Program-made: the position numbers and the translations under genes
Origin: Felis catus
Lineage: Eukaryota
Length of the DNA: 64,000 bases
Assembly: GCF_018350175.1 (NCBI RefSeq)
Contig: NC_058368.1
Coordinates: 217,250,001 to 217,314,000 of the forward strand
Reading direction: 5' to 3'
The notes under the pieces: model-generated
Seen by the model: only the letters and a program-made list of their open reading frames with translations
What the model was told of the DNA's origin: nothing
Databases searched by the model: none
Shown here: in pieces, positions 26,831-38,689 of the stretch
Layout: every line of letters begins with the position of its first letter
Position numbering within the stretch: position 1 is the first letter of the stretch

Positions 26831-27029
26831 AAAGTCTGAGGCCAACAAATTCTGGACTAAAGAAAATCTCTTCCTTCATTGAAAACCTACAGGATATATT
26901 CCTTATTCTTATAGTTGAACACTTTATCCTGTTCAGACTATATGAGACTCCTTTTAGATACCACTTAAATCCTCTCAGCACCAATAACCAATGTTAAATT
27001 GATTCAGAGTAGATTTTACTTATTTCAAA

Positions 27030-27457
27030 AGGTCACCCTGCAGCATCTGGCCTTAGTGCATCTTGCTTCCTGACTTAGAGCCTTTCCATGTGGCACAACA
27101 GTCATGTACGTGTGAACCCTATAAATGCCACGCTTGACCAATAAGGGATGCTGGACTATGGGCAAGGGTTCCCTTTTAATAGGCCCACCACTGCTCGAAG
27201 TTCTATGATTCACTTCCAAAGTCTCCACAGCGTGTCACGCAGGATTAAACTTCAGTTGTCAAATTGGAGACCAACTTCTTAAGTCATCCTCTGTATCTAA
27301 TTCTTGAATTAATCTTTTTATTTTTGCTCTCTCCCTGTCCCACTTCTGTATCTCTCATCCCTGCTCCAGAATACCATTGGGAAATAAGTTAACTGCATGC
27401 GAGCCTTTGATTCAGGTTCTGCCTTGAGGGAAGGAGGGGCAGGCATTGGCCAAGATA
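27030..27457 (+). mobile_element. LTR33/LTR16-like ERVL LTR
   Basis: 3' end aataagttaactgcatgcgagcctttgattcaggttctgcc...ccaagata resembles recalled LTR33-family termini. Confidence 0.5.
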
Positions 27458-27489
27458 AGTTAAACATTTTGTTGTTTTTGTCATTTGCT

Positions 27490-27698
27490 ATTTACTTATT
27501 ATTTATTTTTGAGAGGCAGACAGAGACAGAGCACAAGCAGGGGTGGGGCAGAGAGAGGGAGAGACACAGAATCCGAAGCAGACTCCAGGTTCTGAGTTGT
27601 CAGCACATAGCCTGACATGGGGCTCGAGCCCACAAACTGTGAAATCATGACCTGAGCTGAAGTCAGACACTTAATCAACTGAGCCACCCAGGTGCCCC
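27490..27698 (-). mobile_element. Can-SINE
   Basis: gagacacagaatccgaagcagactccagg...gagccacccaggtgcccc. Confidence 0.94.
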
Positions 27699-27866
27699 TA
27701 GAAGACCATTTTAAATTCAAAAACACCAAAAATTTCCCCTAAGAAATTTTGATCACTTATATTTGATGAATGTTTCTTTTCCATTGATTTGGACATTCCT
27801 TTATCACCCTTGTTTAGTTTGTCTAGATAAATTTTAGTCATTGTTACAAAAGGCAACATGTTTACC

Positions 27867-28079
27867 TTTTTTTTTTTTTTGAGAGAGAGAGAGAGAGCAT
27901 GCATGCATGCCATGGGGGAGGGGCAGGGGGAGAGGGATGGGGAGACAGAGAATCTTAAGCAGGCTTTGCACCATGCGCAGAGCCCTACACTTGGCTCAAT
28001 GGCACAACCGTAAGATCATGACCTAGAAATCAAGAGTCAGAAGCTTAACCAATAACCTGCTGAGCCACTCAGGTACCCC
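27867..28079 (-). mobile_element. Older Can-SINE
   Basis: Poly-T, gagaatcttaagcaggc, aaatcaagagtcag, gagccactcaggtacccc. Confidence 0.9.
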
Positions 28080-28579
28080 AGACAACATCTGTTTAGACCA
28101 ATGATTAATTACAAACAAAATGAATTGACTTGCTGGTGGAATGGTCCTTCAAATCTAAGAGGGCAGGCATTGAGCATGTGAGCACTGTCTTCTTATTTCT
28201 CCTCTCTGCTAGTTTTTCTCCTTTGTAATTGTGCTTTATTTAAAGTAATCCTACCTTCTAGCCTTGTAACATTTCTCTGATTCTATGATTACTATGGTTC
28301 AGGAGAAACTACAGTTTAGCCGATGTATGGAACCATCTTTTCTGTTGTCATTGCTAATAGGCTTAGATGTAGATGGAAACTACATCTTCCATATTCTACT
28401 GTGATTTTACTATTGTTCTTCCTATTTTCACATTTAGCTACTTTTTGGCAACTAGAATTTCTCTGAAGTTGCTAAGCAAGGTTGCACTCATTTGGAAGAA
28501 AGAATTATTGCAGAAAAAGGGTCAGAGGGGCACAAGTGCCCGTCCCACTAATTAGGATAGACCTGGGATTTTTTTATCT

Positions 28580-28800
28580 CTGTGTTTGCTAAGCACTGCT
28601 CTAAGTCCTTTGTATGCATAATCCTTTCACCAACTAATAATATAACCTTCACTTACACATGAGGAAACTGAGGCACAATAAAGTTAAATAATGTGACTCC
28701 ATGTCACATAGCAAATGAAAAGTGGATCCTTGAATTGAGCAACATGGTCTGAATTCTGCATTCAGATACAGTGTGATTCCAAAGCTTATGTTCATTACCA
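28580..28800 (-). mobile_element. MIR
   Basis: aagcactgctctaagtcctttg...acatgaggaaactgaggcacaataaagttaaataa...gtcacatagc. Confidence 0.8.
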
Positions 28801-29680
28801 TTTCAATATCTTTCCCCGTTATCATATTGGCGACTTTATTGGAGGCTTATTGTGTTCTAGGCACAATTTGTAACAGATAAGATAATTTATAATGAAATAA
28901 TTTATGAGAAAATTGCTGATGCCTCCTAGGTACCAGGAAATATATTAGGCACTGAGAAAGATGGGGTGAATGCCTCTGCATTCATGTTCCCTTAGGAATT
29001 ATGTTACTCTTTATTCAATTCACTCCTGACAACTGCCACCATCACTACCTCATCCCGCTGTCATCTGTCTTTTATTTTACTGATAAAGTAAGCTAACCGG
29101 ACCACATGCTTCCATTGGTCCACCTTTCAATTAATTCTCCTACCTGCAAAGATATCTTTATCAAAGCAATACATACACAATTACATTAGTCCCCTGAAAT
29201 GATGCAATGCCTTCTCATTTACGTTTGTCTTTAAAACAAAGTCAGATTTTCTTAACAACATTCATAAGGCCTTCCATAGAAATCCAGTGTCTCTCTAAAG
29301 TAATGTATCAACATTCTTACCCTCAGATTCTACCTTTTGGATAAACTTATTCAAATTCCATTTCATCCTTTGTCAAATCCTCGGTTTGGGCACATACTTT
29401 TCCTTTGGTGGGCCGTGAACCTTATCAGAACAGGGACTAGGTATATTTCTAAAACAAGGCACCACAATGCCTGACACGTATTAGGTATGTGTGGATATTT
29501 ATTACCCAAGAGAATAAATGCCTAACAGCTAAACTCTCCCTTGTTATTCCTTTATTGATTCTTCAGGTTTTAGCTTATCTGTCACTTACTCCAGAAAGCT
29601 TTAAATCTCTTGCCCTGAACAATCGCACATACCTACAAGGGCCTTTTGTATTCCAGAGAACCAAGTGTTTCAGGTATGTG

Positions 29681-30465
29681 TTTCGAAGGGACACATACAC
29701 CCCCATGTTTATAGCAGCACTATCAACAATAGCCAAAGTATGGAAAGATCCCAAATGTCCATCAATGGAGGAATGGATAAACAAGTTGTGGTATATACAT
29801 ACAATGGAGTATTAGTTGGCAATGAAAAAGAATGAAATCTTGCCATTTGCAACTATGTGGATGGAACTTGAGGGTATTATGCTAAGTGAAATTAGTCAGT
29901 CAAAGACAAATATCATATGACTTCACTCATATGAGGACTTTAAGACACAGAACAGATGAACATAAGGGAAGGGAAGCAAAAAAATCTATAAAAACAGGGA
30001 GGAGGACAAAACACAAAAGACTTAAATATGGAGAACAGAGTGTTACTGGAAGGATTGTGGGAGGGGGGATGGGCTAAATGTGTAGGGGGCATTAAGGAAT
30101 CTACTCCTGAAATCATTGTTGCACTATATGCTCCAGCTGCTGCCTGGCTCGGGGGGTGGGGCAGAGACCCACGGGGAGCTCCCAGGCTGCCGCACCTGGA
30201 ACATGGTGGTGATGTCCCAGTACTTGGACTTCATCAGCTCCCCCCACGACGTGAGGTTGCAGTAGGTAAGAATGCCCCCGGGCTTCAGCAGGTGAAAGGC
30301 ATGGTCCTGGGCAGGGGACAGTGATCAGGAGGGATCACCCAGGGCGGCCTCCTGCATCCCAGCGGGTCAGAGAAACAGGAAGAAGTGTCCTGTGTGGAAT
30401 GGCAGGCCCCCCCTCCCCCGCTCAGCAGCTAATTTGGGTGTGAATTAAAAACATAAAATGAAAAA
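29681..30465 (+). mobile_element. 5'-truncated felid L1 (end of ORF2 plus 3'UTR), interrupted near its 3' end by a GAMT fragment
   Basis: ORF2 C-terminus TPMFIAALSTIAKVWKDPKCPSMEEWINKLWYIHTMEY; 3'UTR to gcactatatgct (30132), resumes aatttgggtgtgaattaaaaa (30431). Confidence 0.93.
30196..30306 (-). pseudogene. GAMT: Displaced GAMT (guanidinoacetate N-methyltransferase) exon-5 copy with intron flanks
   Basis: Minus strand ...ctgatcactgtcccctgcccag|GAC CAT...TTC CAG|gtgcgg; 111 nt translating to [37 protein letters not shown] vs recalled human [41 protein letters not shown]; no other GAMT exons seen in the window. Confidence 0.93.
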
Positions 30466-30486
30466 GAAAGAAAGAAGAAAGAAGGA

Positions 30487-30554
<68 letters not shown>

Positions 30555-30556
30555 GA
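30462..30556. repeat. (GAAA)n microsatellite derived from the L1 tail
   Basis: Long gaaa array directly after the L1 3' end. Confidence 0.95.
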
Positions 30557-30699
30557 AAACCCAGTATTTTGTTCTTTTCTCGTTTTGTGTAGTTTTTACT
30601 TTTTAATGTATAGAGTATATTTTAACTGGCTGGAAAATGTCAGCTATCAACCTTAGTGTCAATATTCAAATATGGGATGATAGATATATAAATCCAGGC

Positions 30700-30895
30700 T
30701 GTTGTGTCTCTTGTCTATAAGGGGTGACCTTTGTTGGGCCCTGTGGACCAGTGCTACATGGATATTTGCTCAATATTGTCACATCTTCCAGCTTTGCAAA
30801 GTAGGCTGAGAATACAGACTTTCACTCTAATATCAGTTTTTAAATTTTGATAATTTGTTCAAATTTTAAATAATTTTAAGCCAGTTTTCCAGTTT
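30700..30895. mobile_element. MER102-like hAT fragment
   Basis: aatattgtcacatcttccagctttgcaaagtaggctgagaatacagacttt...ttttaaattttgataatttgttcaaa. Confidence 0.35.
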
Positions 30896-31478
30896 ATAAC
30901 TTCAAATGAAATTATACGAAACGCCTAAATAGTCCTTCACATTCAATCCCAGTTGTTCCCTGACGTAGCTGTAGCATTTGGAATATCTCCTAGTATGAAT
31001 TTTTCCCCTTTCTTCCTTCTGCTAGACTGAGAGCTGTGTGAGGTCAGGAGGGTACATAGATAGGTATCAATGATACAGATGTAGATAGTTAAAAATAAAG
31101 ATACATTCACAACTTTAAATTCAGTGCATAGTAAACAGCCTAGAAATAGTAGATCCTTGATATATGTCTTTTAAAAAATTAGTTAAAAATTGTATTCTAG
31201 CCTGTCAATCCTGAAACATGTAAATTGATTATATACAAAATATTGATAAAAGGGCTTGAAATCTAGTAAACTAAATAATTTTTTTTACCAATTATATAAA
31301 ATATATACTTGCCACAGAAAGTGCAATAGTTCTACTAATATTTACAACTGTCAATGTGCAATTTACTATCCTTTTTAGGCTATGCAAGTATGAAAGAATA
31401 CAAAAGCTACCCATCCCTGTCCCCTACTCTTGTTTTTTTTTTAAGACACTTTTTTTTTTTAAGGTTATCTATTTACTT

Positions 31479-31688
31479 AGGGCACCTAGGTGGCTCACTC
31501 AGTTAAGCATTCGACTCTTGGATTTCTGCTCGGGTCATGATCTTGTAGATCGTGGGTTCAAGCCCCATGTCCAGCCCTCCACAGTGTGAAGCCTGCTTAG
31601 GATTCTTTCTCTTCCTCTTTCCCTCTACCTCCCCCACCCTGCTCTCTCTCTTTCTGTCTCTCTCTCTCTCTCAAAATGGATAAAATAA
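31479..31688 (+). mobile_element. Can-SINE
   Basis: gggcacctaggtggctcactcagttaagcattcgactcttg...ctcaaaatggataaaataaa. Confidence 0.92.
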
Positions 31689-31689
31689 A

Positions 31690-31756
31690 TTTTTTATAAA
31701 AAGTTTATTTATATACTTTGAGACTGAGAGAAACTGACAGAAATGAGGGGAGGTAC

Positions 31757-31788
<32 letters not shown>

Positions 31789-31921
31789 TCCCAAGCCGGC
31801 TCCATACTCCCAACATGGAACCTGATGCAGGGCTTGAACTCATGAACCTCGAGATCATGACTTGACCAGAAATCCAAAGTTGGACACTTAACTGACTGAC
31901 CCACCCATGCCCTCCTCCCCC
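31690..31921 (-). mobile_element. Can-SINE, tail-to-tail with the previous copy
   Basis: gtttatttatatactttgagac...gagatcatgacttgaccagaaatccaaagttggacacttaactgactga. Confidence 0.92.
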
Positions 31922-32759
31922 TACACTTAAATGAATGAATCACTTTGAAACTTTAGCTTATTTCTTTTGGCCTAATTTTTGCAAGTGTTAAATTTATCAT
32001 TTTTAAATATAAACCTTGTTCCACATCCCTGAAATATTATAAATATTGGGGAAAATGCAAAAGACCAGTAAAACAAAATTATAAATTAAAAAAGAGCAAT
32101 TTTCTCACAATTTAAATCACCTCTTCCACACACATACATTCCATATTTCTTCCTAACCACTATTCCAACTTCTTGGTTCTCTTGGGTTAAACAGAAGATG
32201 CTTTATTAGCTGCTATTGTGAGGAAGGAAATGCACTCTTTACACCATGAAATGTCATTATATCTTCATTTCTAAGGAAACCTTTATATCTTCAGCTGTAA
32301 TTAGTAGAAGATTCTTTCCGGGAAAAGATGATGAGAATCTCTTCTTCTGCCTTTCTATTGTAGAGCACATAATGGGAGAGAAGAAATAGGCTTCAAGCCC
32401 AGATACAGGGAAAGATAATGCCATGAGGTAAGCAAACAGCAACAAACAAGGAAAAGAAGTCTACCCGCCTCCACAGAAGACATTGATAGGATTTTACTGG
32501 GCTAATTTGACTAGTTGATTTAGGTTAATCTGAAAAACAATAATATATTTCCCGATTTAAGAACATGACGGTCTCTGTACAGAATACAGTGGAGTTAAGA
32601 ATGACTTAGAGCATGAAAATATATGCTCAAATTTACTTGCAAGAAAGAAGGAAATTTATCTTGGGCTAAAATGGAAACCCCTTGGCCTTTTTTCTTAATT
32701 ACTCCATTGTTTTTTCTTTATAGGAAATGCAAACATTTGTAAGTGAATATTACCATGTA

Positions 32760-32947
32760 TTTTTTTTTAACTTTTTAAAATTTATTTTTGAGAGACAGAG
32801 TGCAAGAGGGAGACACATAACCCAAAGCAGGCTCCAGACTCTGAGCTGTCAGTATAGAGCCTGACGCAGGGCTCGAACCCACAAACCGTCAGATCATGAC
32901 CTGAGCCGAAGTCCCATGGTCAATAGACTGAGCCACCCAGGTTCCCC
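32760..32947 (-). mobile_element. Can-SINE
   Basis: SINE body; TSD ccatgtatt. Confidence 0.94.
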
Positions 32948-33042
32948 TCGCCATGTATTATTTACAATTGTTATTTGTATATAAATATATGAGAGTCTTA
33001 AATATTTCTTATATCATCAAATAACTTCAGATACTTCACACA

Positions 33043-33264
33043 TTTTTTTTAATGTTTTTTTCAACGTTTATTTATTTTTGGGACAGAGAGAGACAGAGCA
33101 TGAACGGGCGAGGGGCAGAGAGAGAGGGAGACACAGAATCGGAAACAGGCTCCAGGCTCTGAGCCATCAGCCCAGAGCCCGACGCGGAGCTCGAACTCAC
33201 GGACCGTGAGATCGTGACCTGGCTGAAGTCGGACGCTTAACCGACTGCGCCACCCAGGCGCCCC
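33043..33264 (-). mobile_element. Young SINEC_Fc
   Basis: Near-consensus with CpGs intact; TSD acttcacacatttt. Confidence 0.97.
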
Positions 33265-33606
33265 ACTTCACACATTTTAATCTAAATGCACAAGTTACAG
33301 AATTCCAATCCCAAGGAATTAACTGGTTACCACAGTAAACAAGTTTGTCAAAAATGGAAAATTCATGAGCTTCACAAAAATCTTGTTTCTTCAAGCTAAT
33401 ATATATTTATTTAAGCTGCATTTCACTAATTCACATAATTGTTGAATAAAGTGTTTTATGTGATTTTCAATGTAATTTGGGCATAACTGAAAAACTGAGA
33501 AAATCTAGAGTGCATATTTGCATTTGCATGTAATAATGAAAATATATACTATTAGTCATGAAGATATATGCTATTAGCCATTATCATGTATAGAGGTTCC
33601 CACTCT

Positions 33607-33836
33607 TTTTTTTTTTTAATTTTTTTTTCAACGTTTTTTTAATTTATTTTTGGGACAGAAAGAGACAGAGCATGAACAGGGGAGGGGCAGAGAGAGAGGG
33701 AGACACAGAATCAGAAACAGGCTCCAGGCTCCGAGCCATCAGCCCAGAGCCCGACGCGGGGCTCGAACTCACGGACCGCGAGATCGTGACCTGGCTGAAG
33801 TCGGACGCTTAACCGACTGCGCCACCCAGGCGCCCC
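33607..33836 (-). mobile_element. Young SINEC_Fc
   Basis: Near-consensus; TSD agaggttcccactctt. Confidence 0.97.
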
Positions 33837-35066
33837 AAGAGGTTCCCACTCTTAATAGCATTTCAAGAAATTGGTCCTGTTCTGTTAAAATCAAGGGCTA
33901 GTTAACAACTTGTTATCAAATGGTAAAAGGTAAAACCATTCAGCAAGTTAAGAAAGAAAAAAAAAACATATCATTCAGTAAAATCAACAGGGGGAGTTAA
34001 CATGGGCAGCAACTCCTATAATTACTTATATGGTTTTGGGATAGAAAATCAGAAGTACCTTTACTATTATAACATGTGTTTCCAGGCTAGTTTTATAAAA
34101 TTTAAGCCTTCTGGATTATATTTTATTGGAAAGGCAATATAATTTCAAGAGCAATAACTACGATTAATAATAATACTTTCTCTAGAGGTTGATATAGAAC
34201 CACAATAGCAAAAGCAATACAACATATTTTGATGTATTTTTTTTCCCATTAGGCTTTCTTGCACTGACAATGAAAAGCTGAGATGTAAGAATTTGGGATT
34301 TATTTGCTTATTTTTTGTATTCTATAATGAAGCCACTTTCTCTTTGAATACAGTAATTGCTCATTTATACATTCAGGATAAGAATAGCTCTCTAACAATA
34401 ATAGATCTCTGTCATCTTGACATAGCAGGGAATAAGCTATCTCTAGGCAACATTATATATATAAAGTTGAAAATGTTTTCAAAGTCTTTTCTTATGTTTC
34501 AAAATTAAATATATTAAATTCTTTATTAAAACAGGTGGGAAATTATAAATGTGATATTAACATAATCTAGAACTACTTAGGTCAGTAATTTTAACATGTG
34601 TCTTTATATTAAGCAATTAGTTGTATAGGGGAGATGCCGGGGGAGTCATTGTTACCTGTAAGTGTTTATAAGTGTACGTTAGCCTCATCCCAATACAAAA
34701 GGTGACCATCTGAATATGACCTACTACAGCAACCTTTTAATTAAGAAACTTTTCAGACAATCCCATCATATTTTTCAAATGGATATGAGTAAAGAATAAG
34801 ATAAGTGCATGATATTATTATCTCTTTTATTCTACAATGTTTAGTTATTCTAGTCATGCAAATTTACACAATAGAAGCATTTAAAACATGTTGAAGTTGA
34901 TGGGCATTTAAAGTAGAATTTTGTTAAAAACATTGCAAATAAAATTCATCAATTTAATAATTCCACTCAACTAGTGTAGTGTCATGTAGCCATCTCAAAA
35001 CTGTAGTCTTCTGTTATCTCTTAACAAACCCAACTTAGACCTACACTGAAATGATGACATTAACTT

Positions 35067-35095
35067 GTACTTCTCAGAGAAATGAAAGACATTTG

Positions 35096-35135
<40 letters not shown>

Positions 35136-35311
35136 ATATATACATGTATATATACTTCTCAGAGAAATGAAAGACACTTGCCATATATATATATATATAC
35201 ATACATATACACATATATATATACATGTATATATATACATGGCAAGTGTCTTTCATTTCTTTGAGAAGTACATAAGGTCATATATATATATGTATATATA
35301 CATATATATAT
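35067..35311. repeat. Direct plus inverted triplication of a ~33-bp unit interleaved with (TA)n
   Basis: tacttctcagagaaatgaaagaca(t/c)ttg(t/c)cat at 35068 and 35153; reverse complement atggcaagtgtctttcatttctttgagaagtac at 35239-35271. Confidence 0.93.
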
Positions 35312-35326
35312 GGCACATGTTCTTGA

Positions 35327-35716
35327 TGAAAAGATGCTCAATGCTCAGTATCGCTCATCATCAGGGAAATACAAATCAAAACTACAATGAGATAGCCAAT
35401 GAGATATCACCTGACACCAGTCAGAATGGCTGAAATTAACTCAGGAAACAACAGATGTTGGTGAGGATGTGGAGAAAGGGGAACCCTATTGTACTGTTGG
35501 TGGGAATGCAAACTGGTGCAGCCATTCTGGAAACCAATGTGGAGGTTCCTCAAAAAAATTAAAAATAGAACTACCCTATGACCCAGCAATTGTACTACTA
35601 TGAATTTATCCAAACGATACAGGAGTGCTGATTTGAAGGGACACATGCACCCCAATGTTTATAGCAGTGCTATCGATAATAGCCAAGTTATGGAAAGAGC
35701 CCAAATATCCATCACC
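35327..35716 (+). mobile_element. Internal carnivore L1 ORF2 fragment, both ends truncated
   Basis: atgaaaagatgctca...cagggaaatacaaatcaaaactacaatgaga...ggaaagagcccaaatatccatcac; no 3'UTR or poly-A. Confidence 0.92.
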
Positions 35717-35739
35717 TTGTTTTTTAAAGCAGAAAATTA

Positions 35740-36950
35740 GATTCTTCTGTGACTCTTTTGTTTACACCTTACTTATTACCCACATCAAATCATTTAAAAA
35801 GTGCCACTAATTATATGCCTCTAATACCTTTCAAACTATGTATATCTCCGCCATTCTGTTCCTAAACTTTATCACCATTATCCCTTCCTTGCTGAATGAG
35901 ATTGCTCTATCTCCCAATTACTTTTTTGTTTTCAAATTAACGTTCTCCAATACACTTACATACAGCAGCCAGATAAGCTTACAACTTGCCATTTTTATTG
36001 AGCTATTATTTAGGTTTCCTCTACTCATTTATTTGAACAAATATTTACTGAGCCCCTACTATATGCCAGTCTCATTCCTATGTGCTGATCCTATGGTGAT
36101 CAACAAAATAAATAAGGTGAGTTACACTGAGTGGCCATGTCAGACCTGGTTGAGAGCAAAATATTGAAGCTGAGAATTAAAGTTCCCAGCAAAATATGAG
36201 GACAGAGGATAGAGGGAGGATTTAGGATACAAGTAAATTAAGTCTCTTGCATAGGAAAGATGCTTGACTCTGAGAAATGAGAGATTGCTGTGGCTGAAAT
36301 ACCATAAGTAGAGTAGTGAAAAGAGAAGAAGTTTGCAAGGAAGACGAGGTTCAAATTGCCTTTCATATTGATAAAACTATAAAGTACCGAGTGCCTTTAA
36401 GAAGGTAACTATTAGCAGATAGTTTATATATTTTTAAAAATCTCTTACCTTCTGCTGTGTCAGAGAAAGAAGAGAAGTCAGGAGGCCAGTTAGGAAGCTT
36501 TTGCAGTAGACCAGACAGGGAAGAGATCATGTGTCATAGACTATGGAAGTGGCACATATGTTCTACATGTATTTTTGACAGGACAGCCTGATCTCTTGCC
36601 ATCTCCTCACTTTCTAACCACCCAATTTATCCTGCAGTCATATACTTTATCCCAGTCCTCAGAAGTAGTCTTTCACTCTTCACAGTTTTTCTTTACTTGG
36701 ACACTTAAAACTCTCCGCTTAGACCATACTTCCTCTGGGAAACACTATCTTCTTCCATAATATCTTGTGCTTACTGTAAGATAGCACTAATCACTCCTCA
36801 TCACCATTGCCTGTAGACCTCTCCACTTTATAGTAAGCTCTATATAGGTGAGCCAGTGGCCATGTCAAATTTGTTCCTTCTAGTGTCTCTAGCACCTAAT
36901 AGATCCCTTAGCACAAAGCAGATACACAAAGAATATTTGTTGAGTAGTGT
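35740..36950. mobile_element. L2 fragments in both orientations
   Basis: ctcatttatttgaacaaatatttactgagcccctactatatgccag (36025) and tctagcacctaatag...aagaatatttgttgagt (36890). Confidence 0.65.
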
Positions 36951-37662
36951 TCATAAAGTTCTCCTTTGCTCTCCTACCCTTAATAAACCTATCAACTCTT
37001 CTATTTGATTTCATAGCCTTTAATGTTCATCATTTAAAGTCAAAATACTGTCTGGAAGTAGAGATGAGTTTTTCTTTCCTTTTAAGGAATACTTTTAAGA
37101 CCTAAAGTACAACAGATATTTTAATGGTAAAAGCTTATTTCAATTTGGCACCTGAGGTAAATGGAAGTAATTTCCACCAAAGGTAAATTAGAGATAATTA
37201 TTTGCCTTTAAAAAGAAGTATTTTTAGATGAATCAAGTAATAAATGTCTATTATGTATCAAAAACGGTGCTATTTATTGTGAAAAAATGAATACATCACA
37301 CCCTTTGCTCTCAATTAGTTTGAAATCTATCTGGAGAACCAAAATTAAGGACAAAATAGTAAACAGAAGATAACTATTAAGCAGATCCTAAATTAAACAT
37401 TAGTCTGGTGAAAAATAGATAATCACAGGAATACATATAAAGATGGAAGAATTTCTTTTCATAGTAAATGTAGAGGCTTTATTTTCTTATCTTGGCCATG
37501 GCCTTCAAGATTGGAACAGGAGAATGGACGGTGGTAAGAAGTAAATTGTGGCCTGGGGATTAAAAAAGTAAATAAATAAATAAGCATGCTGCCTTAAGCA
37601 TTCTTTAAAAGCAATATTGACTAGAGTTAAATGGACTTTTTAACATGAATCAAAATATGCTT

Positions 37663-37897
37663 TGGGGTGCCTGGATGGCTCAGTCGGTTGAGCATCCAAC
37701 TTCGGAGGTCATGATCTCATGGTTCGTGGGTTCCAGCCCCCACATCGGGCTCTGCGCTGACAGCTCTGAGCCTCTAGCCTGCTTTGGATTTATGTCTCCC
37801 TCTGTCTCTGCCTCTCCCACGCTTGTGCTCTCTCTCTCTCCCTCTCTCTCTCTCTCCCTCTCAATCTCTCTCAAAAATAAACATTAAAAAAATTTTA
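37663..37897 (+). mobile_element. Can-SINE
   Basis: ggggtgcctggatggctcagtcggttgagcatccaacttcgg...ctcaaaaataaacattaaaaaa. Confidence 0.95.
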
Positions 37898-38689
37898 AAC
37901 GTTTTGACAAATACGAAAGAGCACTATCATAATGAGTCTGGCTGATGAAGAAGAGAGAGCACTTTATTTTATACAAGAGGCATGGAAGTACTTGAAATTT
38001 CATCAGTGACTTTTATTTATTTCTCTGCTGGAGTATGGTTAGATATTGGTTAGAAACACCCATCCTGGATCATAATAATGGACAGAAAAAATAATAACAC
38101 AAGATATTTTACAATGAATGTATATAAAGTGTTTAATGAAATATAGTATATTCAAGTACATATATTGAAACTACATTGAACATATTGTTCCTACAGCCAA
38201 GGCTTCGGGAAGTTGGCATATTTTATCTTTAGTTATCTTGGGAGACAAGACAAGCCCATTCCGGGTTTGGAAGTGGTGATCAGATTAAGAAAAAAAGCAA
38301 CATTTAAACACACGTTATTGTTATTGTTTTCTTGAGCATTCCTTTATTTTAATGTCTGGTGATTAGTCTATTTTCTATGTCACCTATTGGGATAACTTTT
38401 TTTATTTTTCTAATGCTTCTATAGTTTTTTTTTTTAATTACATATGCTTATAAGGAAGTTTTCAAACAATAAGGCAAAGCATAAAGAAGAAAAGCCCAAC
38501 TAAACAAAAACAAATGTGAAAATAGTATCTAAAATCATACCTTTTATATACAACTCATAAAATTTGATGACATTTTTCTAGATTTCTCTTGATGCATGTA
38601 CACGGATGGATGGATGGATGGGTGGATGAGTGGAAATAATCCGGAAACAGAATTATACTATCCATGTTATTCTTTTAACTGATTGATTT

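Noticed and set aside
30196..30306. Functional GAMT locus
   Set aside because: Only one exon is present, embedded in an L1 within AT-rich DNA; neighbouring exons are absent.
30028..30324. 98-aa + strand ORF across the L1/GC-rich junction
   Set aside because: It is L1 3'UTR read into the antisense of the GAMT exon; the meaningful frame is on the minus strand.
35067..35311. CRISPR-like repeat-spacer pattern
   Set aside because: Only three units, one inverted, with (TA)n spacers, in mammalian DNA with no cas genes.
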